Shown: piece by piece, positions 1 to 8,580 of the stretch
How positions within the stretch are numbered: the first letter of the stretch is position 1
Layout: each line of letters starts with the position of its first letter
Assembly: GCA_934162655.1 (NCBI GenBank)
Contig: CAKPJL010000003.1
Coordinates: forward strand, 1,714 to 65,713
Direction: 5' to 3'
From: an uncultured Clostridia bacterium
Lineage (GTDB): Bacteria; Bacillota; Clostridia; TANB77; CAG-465
DNA length: 64,000 nt
Translations under genes and position numbers: made by a program
Notes under the pieces: model-generated
The model's database searches: none
The model's input: only the letters and a program-made list of their open reading frames with translations
What the model was told of the DNA's origin: nothing

Positions 1-508
1 CATAAGTATTTATATTTTGTTTTTCTAATCTTCCCACATATCGTTTTGATTTTATATCAAATGTAGCATTTTCTTTTATATCTTTATCGATTTTTGATTT
101 TACTTTCAAAATAAAAGTAATATAAGAACCATTAAAATAACATTTTTCAACCTCTTTTATCTCTTTATTATATTCATAAATCATATACTTTCCATTTATT
201 TGATCATCTAATCTTTTTTTATATACCATTATCAGATATTCTTTTCTTAGATCAGAAAAATAATTTGAAAGTTCACTGCTCATATTATCTACATAACTAT
301 TATACTTTTCATGGTCAACTTGAGCATCAAGTATTCTATCTTTTGGCTCAAGTACAGAATACTTATTATATAATTCAAAATATTTTTTAGTAAATTCTAA
401 AGCTAATAATTTATCTTTCTCTTTTTGTTTATCTAAAACTATTAGATGTACACTAACACCTACCAAACATATAATTATTAAAATTATTCCTAAATTAATT
501 TTCTTCAT
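1..508 (-). CDS. Hypothetical membrane-anchored protein, C-terminus runs off the window; tandem paralog of 540..1154
   Basis: Manual minus-strand translation from ATG at 508 gives MKKINLGIILIIICLVGVSVHLIVLDKQKEKDKLLALEFTKKYFELYNKYSVLEPKDR..., open to position 1. It shares the N-terminal TM helix and the YFE.YNKYSVLE and KRLD.QINGKYM.YEY blocks with the next gene. Confidence 0.6.
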   Translation of the reverse strand, partial: MKKINLGIILIIICLVGVSVHLIVLDKQKEKDKLLALEFTKKYFELYNKYSVLEPKDRILDAQVDHEKYNSYVDNMSSELSNYFSDLRKEYLIMVYKKRLDDQINGKYMIYEYNKEIKEVEKCYFNGSYITFILKVKSKIDKDIKENATFDIKSKRYVGRLEKQNINTY

Positions 509-539
509 GTAAAAAACTCCTACTAAATACTATAAATTA

Positions 540-1154
540 TTATATTTTTTCATCTTCAAAAGAGTAAAAATTATAATCCATAATTGTATGATACACAACT
601 TTATATTCATTTTTAGATACCCTTTTTATTAAAATTATTTCTTTACTTGAGTCAACACCTTTTTGTTTTTTTACTTTGCCTGTATATCTTTTTTCTTCAT
701 TATCATATATAGGGTTTTCTCTGTTATCTTTATCCACTGTAACTTTTATATTTAACCACATTAAAATGTATTCCCCATTTATTTGATAGCTATCAACACC
801 TATTATTTCTTTTATATATTCATACATCATATACTTTCCATTTATTTGATTATCTAGTCTTTTTCTATATTCTTGCAATATAAAATCTTTTCTTTGCTTA
901 TAAAGATAATTTGAAAGTTCATTATTCATTTTATTTATGTAGTTATTATACTTTACTAAATCAATTTTTTTATCAAGCACTCTATCTTCTTTTTCAAGAA
1001 CAGAATATTTATTATATACTTCAAAATACTCTTTTACAAATTCTAGTCCTTTTACTTTATCCTCTTCTTTTTGCTTTTCTACATATATTAGGTTTATTAC
1101 TATCCCAATTAAAAATAAAACTATAAGCACTATGCCTATATTAATTTTTTTCAT
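540..1154 (-). CDS. Hypothetical membrane-anchored protein (tandem paralog)
   Basis: ORF 540..1163. The GTG at 1163 lies inside the GGGTGGA Shine-Dalgarno, so the ATG at 1154 (MKKINIGIVLIVLFLIG...) is the likely start. One N-terminal TM helix; no recognisable domain. Confidence 0.6.
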   Translation of the reverse strand: MKKINIGIVLIVLFLIGIVINLIYVEKQKEEDKVKGLEFVKEYFEVYNKYSVLEKEDRVLDKKIDLVKYNNYINKMNNELSNYLYKQRKDFILQEYRKRLDNQINGKYMMYEYIKEIIGVDSYQINGEYILMWLNIKVTVDKDNRENPIYDNEEKRYTGKVKKQKGVDSSKEIILIKRVSKNEYKVVYHTIMDYNFYSFEDEKI

Positions 1155-1282
1155 ATATTCCACCCTACGCTATAAAAATATTATCACAACAAATATTAAT
1201 ATTCAACATTTAAATTTAAACTTTACTAATATATTTTAATATTAGACATATTTCTACAAAACTAGTTATTTTTAGACATAAA

Positions 1283-1314
1283 AAGTGATATAACAGTAAC
1301 TTGCTATATCACTT
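1283..1314 (-). terminator. Rho-independent terminator after the DUF402 gene
   Basis: 10-bp stem AAGTGATATA/TATATCACTT with a 12-nt loop, followed on the minus strand by TTTTTAT. It overlaps the TGA stop at 1309..1311. Confidence 0.6.
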
Positions 1315-1863
1315 CTCTAAATTATTTTTTAGTATTTTAAAATATTTAAAACAAAACTGGTTTAATCTATATTCATTTTGCCTAATACTATTTAGTATTT
1401 TTTTTGCCTCATTACTTGCTAGCTCAAACTGCTTTTTTGTTATCTTTTTGGAGTTTAATGCATCGTTTAGCTCATCTTCATCTAACAAAAAAACTCTACC
1501 ATTTTTTAATAAAACTATATCTAAAAATAAATCATAAAAGAAAGCCTCTTTTTTACTTGCAATAACATTTTTATAAGTTATATCAATATAATATTGTATC
1601 AAACTTCCTTTACTATCATACATAGATGTAATCCAATAGTTAACATCTTTTAGTCCTATTTGCAACCAATAATAGCCATCATCTACTACTTTAATATCTT
1701 TACCATTTTCATATTTTTTTGATAGTGGTTTTGTTACTTTTATTATATGAATTAATTTAGCAACCCCAATAACTTCATTATTTTTTATGATATCACATGA
1801 CATATCACATCTTTTTAAAATACGTTTCCAATCATATTTATTAATATCTTTTTTCTCTAACAT
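1309..1863 (-). CDS. DUF402 family protein (FomD/Ntdp-like nucleoside di/triphosphatase fold)
   Basis: 184 aa with the typical DUF402 core: DDGYYWLQIG...YIDITYKN...FFYDLFLDIVLLKNGRVFLLDEDELNDAL. The start lies 10 nt downstream of the IleRS-like stop. Confidence 0.6.
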   Translation of the reverse strand: MLEKKDINKYDWKRILKRCDMSCDIIKNNEVIGVAKLIHIIKVTKPLSKKYENGKDIKVVDDGYYWLQIGLKDVNYWITSMYDSKGSLIQYYIDITYKNVIASKKEAFFYDLFLDIVLLKNGRVFLLDEDELNDALNSKKITKKQFELASNEAKKILNSIRQNEYRLNQFCFKYFKILKNNLEK

Positions 1864-1872
1864 AGACTTTAC

Positions 1873-4728
1873 CTAATTTTCATGTTCTAGAATTTTAACA
1901 CAATTTTGACATATATGAACATATCGTACATCTCTTCCGACATCAGGAGTAATATTTCTGCACCTTGCACATTTTTGTCCAACAGCTTTTTTAATTATTA
2001 TTCCTCTTTTTGAATTATCATCTACAACATTTATTTCAACTTTTGAGACATTTAATGTCTTTTCTAAATTATCTATATTCTCTTCTAAAAACGCTTTTTT
2101 ATCTTCCAAGACATTTAACACAAGTAAAACTTCAAGTGAGTTTTTGATCTCTTTTTTAGAAATTGCCTTATTTATTAGTTTATTTGTACTCCTTGCAAAT
2201 TTAAATATTTTTGACCACTTTTTTTTGTAATCATCCTTTTCAAGCTTAGATAGTGTTATACTTTCTCTATGCATAAGTATATTTTTTTCTTCTTCTTTTG
2301 AACTATGCCATGCATATTGCCATGCTTCTTCTAGTGTAAATGGTATTATTGGCTCTAAATACATTACAAGTTGCATAAATATATCAAATAGGGTAGACAG
2401 TGTCATCAAATGTATTTTATCTTTCTTATCAAGTACATAAAGCCTATATTTAATTGAATTAAAATAATCTATACACAAATCTTCTCTTACAAAGCTGCAA
2501 AGTGTTTTACATGCAACATCAAAATTACACTTTTCATATTCTTCTCTAACATAACTTGACATATCGTAAAGTTTTATATACATATATTTATCTAAGTCTG
2601 TTCTCTTTTCAATTTCTATATAGTCTACACTCGGATTGAAATCTTGTAAATTCGAAAGCAAAAATTTAATTGCTCTCCTCAAATTTTTATATATTTTATT
2701 TGACTTTATAATAGATTGTTCATTAAGTATGATGTTTTTATTTCTAGCAGACAATACTCCCCAAAGTCTTAATATATCTGTACCATATTTTTTTGACACA
2801 TCTGATATACCAATTTCTGTTTTTATTGCATTTGCAATGTCTTCTTTACTATTCTTATCAAAAAATATTGGCTTTGCTATTATTTTCGTATCCTCTAAAA
2901 CATCCGAATGTAAAATATACTTTTCAATATTATTTAACTCTTCTATTCCGTTTTCATCATACATTAAAATTTTTAGCCTATCAACAAAGTCATTTCTACT
3001 TTGTATTAAAACATGAACTTTTTGTTTTGGAGTATCTATTTCTTGAAGAATTTCAATACATAACTTCCTAAAAAATATATTAAACACAATATCGCACTTA
3101 GACATCATATCTTTTCCACACTTTGCACATATATTTTTTGACTTCAAAATATCTTGTGTATCTGCAACATTTACATAAGTGATGCCCTTGTTTTTAATAA
3201 ATTCTTTTGTCAAAGCTACGGTATCATCATTTATATAATATGAATTGCACCCTAGACACTTATATATAGGTATTGGAGTACCAAGCATAGAATAATCAGA
3301 TATTATAATATCTTGACTCGTATCTAGCTTTAAAATCTTTCTTTTTACATATTCTTTAAAATTTTTCTTAGTAAATGTAGATTTTTCTAAAAGTTCTATT
3401 GCTTTTTTCTTTATTTCTTCTGCCTCTTTTGCATTACTTTTTATATAAAATGCCGGTTTACTAATATATATTGTATCTACATTACATTTTTCACATACAG
3501 GTATTGAAAGAGCAATATAATCTTCTAAGAAAATAAATTCACCTTTTCTTAGATATGATATAATAAATTCATTTACATCATTAATATTCTTTCCTACTAC
3601 CCTTACATTTCCCCTTAAAATCACTCCACCTTCATTTACCACTGCACCTTTTAGTTCTTTTTTTTGTCTTTTATATATTAAGTAATCTAAATATGAATAT
3701 TCAGGTACAATAATTCTTATTCCCGTGGAATTTTTCTTATCTGGGCTAACATATATCTCATCTTCTGATATAATCTTTATACTTTGAGTATAATCCATAG
3801 GGTTAGTTAATACAAATTGCTCTAACTCTTTTGAAGATATTTCATCCTTTATTATATATTTAGTAAAAAAAGCATTTTGCATAACTTGTGCAACATTTTC
3901 TTTTTTTATGATGTAATGATGCGTACTAGATATTTGTTCAACTTCAACAATCAAATATGTCGTGTTTTTCTCTATTACAAGCTCATCACTTACTGATACC
4001 ATCCATGGATTTATTGTTGTTGCAATTACATAGGTATTTCTTAGATTATTATATTTTGACAAAACTCCCCTGTCATCTTTTACTCTATACATAGTGTATA
4101 AATTTATATGTTTTTTCTTAATATATTTTACTCCTGTTTTATCATAATACTTGCCACAATTAGAACAGTAATGCATAGGTTTCTCATCAAAGTATATTTT
4201 ACCATTGCTATACATTTTATAGAATTTATCTATAACCTTATTTGAAAATTCATTGCTTATAGTGCTGTAATTGTCTTTTGAATAATCTACAACAGTACCG
4301 AGAGTCCTTATTTTATAAATTTTATCAGAAACTGTATCAAATAGCTTTTTTTGAAATGCAATTCTATTTTTTACATCACCATTTCTTGAAATTTCTTCTT
4401 CGTCTTGCAAAGTGTTTTCATAAATAAAACCTATTTTATGAGATGTAGAATTTCCTTGCATACATTCATATCTGATAAGTACATCCTTAAATATTTCATT
4501 TACAATATCCTTTGGACTAATTCTTTGTTTAATATCAAGTGGAATTTGTGAAATATTATATAAATATCTAGAATTAGCATTTTTTTGTTGTGCATCTTTA
4601 TACTTTTTAGGATCCTGCAAACTCTCTAAAAAATATCCCTGCTTTTTTACAAGTTTAGCATCACTTGGTATAGTTTTTTTAGGTAAATTTAATGTATCAT
4701 CAAAATTTTCTTGTCTATTTATTTTCAC
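1873..4728 (-). CDS. Isoleucyl-tRNA synthetase-like protein with degenerate catalytic motifs (probable pseudo-synthetase)
   Basis: 951 aa, GTG start behind GAGAGGTGA. IleRS landmarks present: DTLNLPKK, TTINPWM (cf. TTTPWT), KYGTDILRLW...YKNLRRAIKFLLSNL, and a C-terminal CARC...CQNC zinc knuckle. The HIGH, GWDTHG, SRQR and KMSKS positions are all substituted (see finding). Confidence 0.7.
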   Translation of the reverse strand: MKINRQENFDDTLNLPKKTIPSDAKLVKKQGYFLESLQDPKKYKDAQQKNANSRYLYNISQIPLDIKQRISPKDIVNEIFKDVLIRYECMQGNSTSHKIGFIYENTLQDEEEISRNGDVKNRIAFQKKLFDTVSDKIYKIRTLGTVVDYSKDNYSTISNEFSNKVIDKFYKMYSNGKIYFDEKPMHYCSNCGKYYDKTGVKYIKKKHINLYTMYRVKDDRGVLSKYNNLRNTYVIATTINPWMVSVSDELVIEKNTTYLIVEVEQISSTHHYIIKKENVAQVMQNAFFTKYIIKDEISSKELEQFVLTNPMDYTQSIKIISEDEIYVSPDKKNSTGIRIIVPEYSYLDYLIYKRQKKELKGAVVNEGGVILRGNVRVVGKNINDVNEFIISYLRKGEFIFLEDYIALSIPVCEKCNVDTIYISKPAFYIKSNAKEAEEIKKKAIELLEKSTFTKKNFKEYVKRKILKLDTSQDIIISDYSMLGTPIPIYKCLGCNSYYINDDTVALTKEFIKNKGITYVNVADTQDILKSKNICAKCGKDMMSKCDIVFNIFFRKLCIEILQEIDTPKQKVHVLIQSRNDFVDRLKILMYDENGIEELNNIEKYILHSDVLEDTKIIAKPIFFDKNSKEDIANAIKTEIGISDVSKKYGTDILRLWGVLSARNKNIILNEQSIIKSNKIYKNLRRAIKFLLSNLQDFNPSVDYIEIEKRTDLDKYMYIKLYDMSSYVREEYEKCNFDVACKTLCSFVREDLCIDYFNSIKYRLYVLDKKDKIHLMTLSTLFDIFMQLVMYLEPIIPFTLEEAWQYAWHSSKEEEKNILMHRESITLSKLEKDDYKKKWSKIFKFARSTNKLINKAISKKEIKNSLEVLLVLNVLEDKKAFLEENIDNLEKTLNVSKVEINVVDDNSKRGIIIKKAVGQKCARCRNITPDVGRDVRYVHICQNCVKILEHEN

Positions 4729-4820
4729 AAATACTCACCTCTCTTTTGTATAAATCTCTTATATTACTATAATGTTATCACATAAATATTATAAATTCAA
4801 TGTAACTTACATAATTAAAC

Positions 4821-4869
4821 ATAAAAAATATGAAACTCTAATAGATATATTATCTATTTTGTTTCATAT
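4821..4869 (-). terminator. recR terminator
   Basis: ATATGAAAC / GTTTCATAT 9-bp stem enclosing a second small hairpin (AATAGATA..TATCTATT). TTTTTAT follows on the minus strand. Confidence 0.6.
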
Positions 4870-4885
4870 TTTTTATTTATAATTT

Positions 4886-5479
4886 TTACATTTTTATTCT
4901 GCCTTCCATGGCTTTTATCAATGTTATTTCATCAGTATATTCAAGGTCTCCTCCAACAGGAATACCATGTGCAATTCTTGTAACATTAATTCCAAGTGGT
5001 TTTATAAGTCTTGAAATATACATAGCAGTTGCTTCTCCTTCAATAGTTGGATTAGTAGCAAGTATTACTTCTTTTATAGTATCATCTTTTAATCTCTCTA
5101 AGAGTTCTTTTATTTTTATATCTCCTGCTGTTATATTATTCATAGGTGATATAGCTCCATGAAGTACATGATACATTCCCCTAAACTCATGCGTTCTTTC
5201 CATAGCAATTACATCTTTTACATTTTCTACTACACAAAGAGTAGATTTATCACGCATATTATCTTGACAAATTTCACATGGGTCCTGCTCTGTTAAGTTA
5301 TAACATATAGAGCAAAACTTTACTTTATTTTTTGCCTCGACAATTGCTTCTGCCATTTCCTCTGCTACTTTTTTATCTGACTCTAATACAAAAAATGCAA
5401 GTCTAATAGCTGTTTTATGTCCTATTCCTGGTAATCTTTCAAATTGATTTATAAGTTTTTGTACTGAACTTGAATACAT
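4886..5479 (-). CDS. recR: Recombination protein RecR
   Basis: 197 aa. N-terminal helix-hairpin-helix [18 protein letters not shown]4 zinc finger [16 protein letters not shown], Toprim-like C-terminal part. Conserved dnaX-ybaB-recR synteny. Confidence 0.95.
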   Translation of the reverse strand: MYSSSVQKLINQFERLPGIGHKTAIRLAFFVLESDKKVAEEMAEAIVEAKNKVKFCSICYNLTEQDPCEICQDNMRDKSTLCVVENVKDVIAMERTHEFRGMYHVLHGAISPMNNITAGDIKIKELLERLKDDTIKEVILATNPTIEGEATAMYISRLIKPLGINVTRIAHGIPVGGDLEYTDEITLIKAMEGRIKM

Positions 5480-5490
5480 ACATGTGTCCC

Positions 5491-5835
5491 CTACATTAAT
5501 CCAGGAATATTATATTGTCCTAGCTCTTGTGTCATAAGTTCATCTGCTTTGTTTAGTGCTTCATTTACAGCTGTTAAAACTAAGTCTTGTAACATCTCTA
5601 CATCATCTTTGTCAACAACTTCTTTTTTTATTATTATTTCTTTTATTACCTTTCCACCTGTTGCCTTTACCACTACTGCTCCACCGCCTGCTGATGTCTC
5701 AATTTCTTTTGCTTGAACTGCTTCTTGCTTTTCAGTCATTTCTTTTTGCATCTTTTGTGCTTGACGCATTAGATTTTGCATATTTCCAAAACCTCCGCCG
5801 CCTGGAAATCCACCAAATTTACCCATATTACTCAT
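5491..5835 (-). CDS. ybaB: YbaB/EbfC family nucleoid-associated protein
   Basis: 114 aa with a Gly-rich N-terminus, then [16 protein letters not shown] and ...VLTAVNEAL. Lies between dnaX and recR as in most bacteria. Confidence 0.9.
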   Translation of the reverse strand: MSNMGKFGGFPGGGGFGNMQNLMRQAQKMQKEMTEKQEAVQAKEIETSAGGGAVVVKATGGKVIKEIIIKKEVVDKDDVEMLQDLVLTAVNEALNKADELMTQELGQYNIPGLM

Positions 5836-5878
5836 CCTTTCTTAATATTTTAAATTATAATATATAATGTTAATTTTT

Positions 5879-7414
5879 TCAATCTATTAATTTATAATCT
5901 ATTCCACTTTCTCTTAAAACTTTTTCTATTATCGTATCTTCTGTTTGATCCTCTTCTTTTAGTTCTATTTTTATAATGTACTCTTTTTGACCCATGCTAT
6001 TTACTACATTTGTTAGACACATCACATTTTCGCTATTTACTAAAATTTCATAAGCAAATTTATTTGAAACAATAAATAAAAGTATGTTATCCTTCTGATA
6101 TGCTTTTACACTAGATAGTGCAGAATATAGCTTAAGTTTTCCTCTCTTTGCACATTCTTTTTTTAATTCTTCAAGCATTTCAAAACTTTCACAAATCTTA
6201 GATGTATCTATATTTTTAACACTAGTATCTATTTTAGCACTAGATGAAGCATTAATTGCACCTATCTTTAACTTCGATAATTTTTCTACTTCCCCCTCAA
6301 GTTTATTTATTTTGCTTTCAAGTTTTATTATAGATGAGTTATCATTTACTGCTTGTTCTACGCTTTTACCCACACTTGAAGTATTACATACTTCTACTAT
6401 ACATGCTTTCATAAGAATTGAGGTAGAAACAGCAAACCTTAGATCATTATCTAGTTTTGATAGCCTATCTATTATATATATTATTCTACTATCTTCTAAA
6501 CCTTGATATTTGTTCCTCTCACCACTTCTATTAATAAGTATATTTAAAAATTCTTGTGTTAATTGCGAGTTCAACTGTCTTAAATCTTTTCCTTTATTTA
6601 TTATTTGATCAAGAATCTCAATAGATTCATTTATTTTACTTTCTATAATTGCAGATGCTAAATCACAAATTATTTTATTATCTATTCCTCCAACTATCTT
6701 TAACACTTTTTCATATGTAAGTTTTTCATCATCTTCGGTTTGACATCTATCAAGTATACTTAGAGCATCACGCAATGCACCATCTGCTAAGTATGCAATA
6801 TACTCTACTGCCTCTTTTTCATAAGATTTATTTTCTTGCTCTAGTACATACATAAGTCTTTTTGAAATATCTTCTTTTGAAAGTCTAGAAAATTCAAATT
6901 TTAGACATCTAGATAATATTGTTATTGGTATTTTATGTTGTTCTGTTGTTGCAAGTATAAATATAACATTTTCAGGCGGTTCTTCAAGAGTTTTAAGCAA
7001 AGCATTAAATGCACTAGTTGTAAGCATATGTGCCTCATCTATAATATAAACCCTATATTTGGTATCAACCGTTGAATAAACTACTTCTTGTCTTATTTGT
7101 CTAATATTTTCTACACTATTGTTTGAAGCAGCATCCATTTCTACAACATCTGTTGTAGAATTATCAAGAATTTTTTTACACACTTCACACTCATTACAAG
7201 GCTCACCATCAATAGGATTTAGACAATTTACAGCTCTTGCAAATATTTTTGCAGCACTTGTTTTTCCAGTTCCTCTGCACCCACTAAAAATATATGCATG
7301 TGAAACTTTTCCAAGACGTATTTGATTTTTGAGTATTTTCGTAACACCTTCTTGTCCTACAATATCTTCAAATTTTAACGGTCTATATTTTCTATATAAA
7401 GCCACATAAGCCAC
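5879..7414 (-). CDS. dnaX: DNA polymerase III subunit gamma/tau
   Basis: Clamp-loader motifs YRKYRP, GCRGTGKTSAAKIFARAVNC (Walker A), zinc module CNECEVC, IIDEAHMLT, SRC. The likely start is the GTG at ~7414 behind AAAGGGGGGA. The ORF-track extension to 7453 overlaps the SRP RNA 3' half. Confidence 0.9.
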   Translation of the reverse strand: MAYVALYRKYRPLKFEDIVGQEGVTKILKNQIRLGKVSHAYIFSGCRGTGKTSAAKIFARAVNCLNPIDGEPCNECEVCKKILDNSTTDVVEMDAASNNSVENIRQIRQEVVYSTVDTKYRVYIIDEAHMLTTSAFNALLKTLEEPPENVIFILATTEQHKIPITILSRCLKFEFSRLSKEDISKRLMYVLEQENKSYEKEAVEYIAYLADGALRDALSILDRCQTEDDEKLTYEKVLKIVGGIDNKIICDLASAIIESKINESIEILDQIINKGKDLRQLNSQLTQEFLNILINRSGERNKYQGLEDSRIIYIIDRLSKLDNDLRFAVSTSILMKACIVEVCNTSSVGKSVEQAVNDNSSIIKLESKINKLEGEVEKLSKLKIGAINASSSAKIDTSVKNIDTSKICESFEMLEELKKECAKRGKLKLYSALSSVKAYQKDNILLFIVSNKFAYEILVNSENVMCLTNVVNSMGQKEYIIKIELKEEDQTEDTIIEKVLRESGIDYKLID

Positions 7415-7437
7415 TCTAATCCCCCCTTTAATACAAA

Positions 7438-7522
7438 AAGTCACCAAACACATAAAGTTTAGTGCTTATTGCTGCTTCCTTCCGGACCTGACAAGGTTCA
7501 CACTTCTTTATCGTTTGGTGGT
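7438..7522 (-). ncRNA. ffs: Signal recognition particle RNA, small (4.5S-like) type
   Basis: The minus strand reads ...CACCAAACGAUAAAGAAGUGUGAACCUUGUCAGGUCCGGAAGGAAGCAGCAAUAAGCACUAAACUUUAUGUGUUUGGUGAC. It contains the universal domain IV motif GUCAGGUCCGGAAGGAAGCAGC. The closing helix is CACCAAAC/GUUUGGUG, with inner pairings AUAAAG/CUUUAU and AGUG/CACU. A U-run follows. Position immediately upstream of dnaX is classical. Confidence 0.8.
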
Positions 7523-7528
7523 AAGCAT

Positions 7529-7557
7529 ATTATACACTATTTTACTCACTTTTTCAA
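7529..7557 (-). promoter_or_regulatory. Sigma-A type promoter for ffs
   Basis: TTGAAA, 17 nt, TATAAT on the minus strand, placing the transcription start near the 5' arm of the SRP RNA closing helix. Confidence 0.55.
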
Positions 7558-7563
7558 TACATA

Positions 7564-8250
7564 TTAGTTATTTATTTTAAAATTAAATTTTGATAAATCA
7601 AGTCTTTCTACAATTGCCCCATTTACTGCTATTCTTTCATCTGGAATGCTAAATTTCATTTTACATGTACTAATATTTCCAGTTTCATCTTTTATATTTA
7701 AGTTAAAAGAAACTGTAAATACCATATCTTTTGCAGGTATTTTATAATAATTTAATATAGTTCCGTCAAATTTAAACTCAGATACATTTTCTGGCACTTT
7801 TGCATTTTCCAAAAAATACTCATTATTTATATTTAATTCAATGTAATACTCATTTTCACCAGTAATAGGTTCTATTTTTAAACTATCTATCTCTTCTATT
7901 TTTTTCTTACCTTCCACATTTGATTGTGAAAAATAAATTTGTCCCAATTTATTTGGATAGTAAGTCTTAATATTGTCTACATATATCTCAGGTGTACTCT
8001 CTGATTTATTAATGTAAAATGATATTTTATTATTTTGATTTAGACTTATATCTATGTCAGAAACAGATGAAAGTTTAAGGTCAAAATTATCTTTTACTTC
8101 AACGGTTGATGAAATTACCATATCTGTTATTCTATAATTTCCTTCATTTACATTAACATATTTCTTTAAAACAAATTTAATAACTAAATATGCAAGAGCG
8201 ATGGATAAAACTATAACAACCAGTGTCAATATTTTATTTGCTTTCTTCAT
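7564..8250 (-). CDS. Hypothetical membrane-anchored extracytoplasmic protein
   Basis: ORF 7564..8277; ATG at 8250 is preceded by AGAGGTG. MKKANKILTLVVIVLSIALAYLVIKFV is a single TM/signal anchor. No recognisable domain. Confidence 0.55.
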   Translation of the reverse strand: MKKANKILTLVVIVLSIALAYLVIKFVLKKYVNVNEGNYRITDMVISSTVEVKDNFDLKLSSVSDIDISLNQNNKISFYINKSESTPEIYVDNIKTYYPNKLGQIYFSQSNVEGKKKIEEIDSLKIEPITGENEYYIELNINNEYFLENAKVPENVSEFKFDGTILNYYKIPAKDMVFTVSFNLNIKDETGNISTCKMKFSIPDERIAVNGAIVERLDLSKFNFKINN

Positions 8251-8342
8251 ATATACACCTCTAAAAATCAATTTCATTATACTACAACTGTAATAAAATT
8301 ACAAGATTTATAATATCATTTTATAGAAGAGGTTTAAATATT

Positions 8343-8516
8343 ATGAATAATTTGTTTAATAATTGTGATTTCTTAAATAATTGCAATTTAGGTAATTTAG
8401 ATATAAATAAATTACTAGTAATACTTTTAATATTAACAGATAGACTTGACATAGAAGCTATCCACGTTTATAAGAATAATTTTATTGTTTCACTTGGAAC
8501 ATTTCTTGATAATTAA
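8343..8516 (+). CDS. Small hypothetical protein (57 aa), below the ORF-track cutoff
   Basis: ATG at 8343 about 10 nt after GAAGAGG. Translation MNNLFNNCDFLNNCNLGNLDINKLLVILLILTDRLDIEAIHVYKNNFIVSLGTFLDN. TAA at 8514..8516 is followed immediately by a terminator hairpin. Confidence 0.35.
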   Translation: MNNLFNNCDFLNNCNLGNLDINKLLVILLILTDRLDIEAIHVYKNNFIVSLGTFLDN

Positions 8517-8542
8517 AAGGTATGCTATTTCTAACATACCTT
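8517..8542. terminator. Bidirectional terminator between convergent genes
   Basis: AAGGTATG / CATACCTT stem with a 10-nt loop, followed by GTTTTAT on the plus strand. Sits between 8343..8516(+) and 8581..9795(-). Confidence 0.55.
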
Positions 8543-8580
8543 GTTTTATAAATTGTTATTTTTGTAATCTGTTATAAGAA

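Noticed and set aside
4729-4885. Searched for a T-box leader or other riboswitch upstream of the IleRS-like gene.
   Set aside because: Only the recR terminator hairpin and promoter-like boxes are present. There is no T-box sequence (..GGTGGTACCGCG-like), no specifier/antiterminator architecture, and the region is too short.
7415-7453. N-terminal 13-codon extension of dnaX (MCLVTFCIKGGIR).
   Set aside because: The extension overlaps the 3' half of the SRP RNA hairpin and its U-run. A GTG with an AAAGGGGGGA Shine-Dalgarno at about 7414 gives the canonical VAYVALYRKYRP start.
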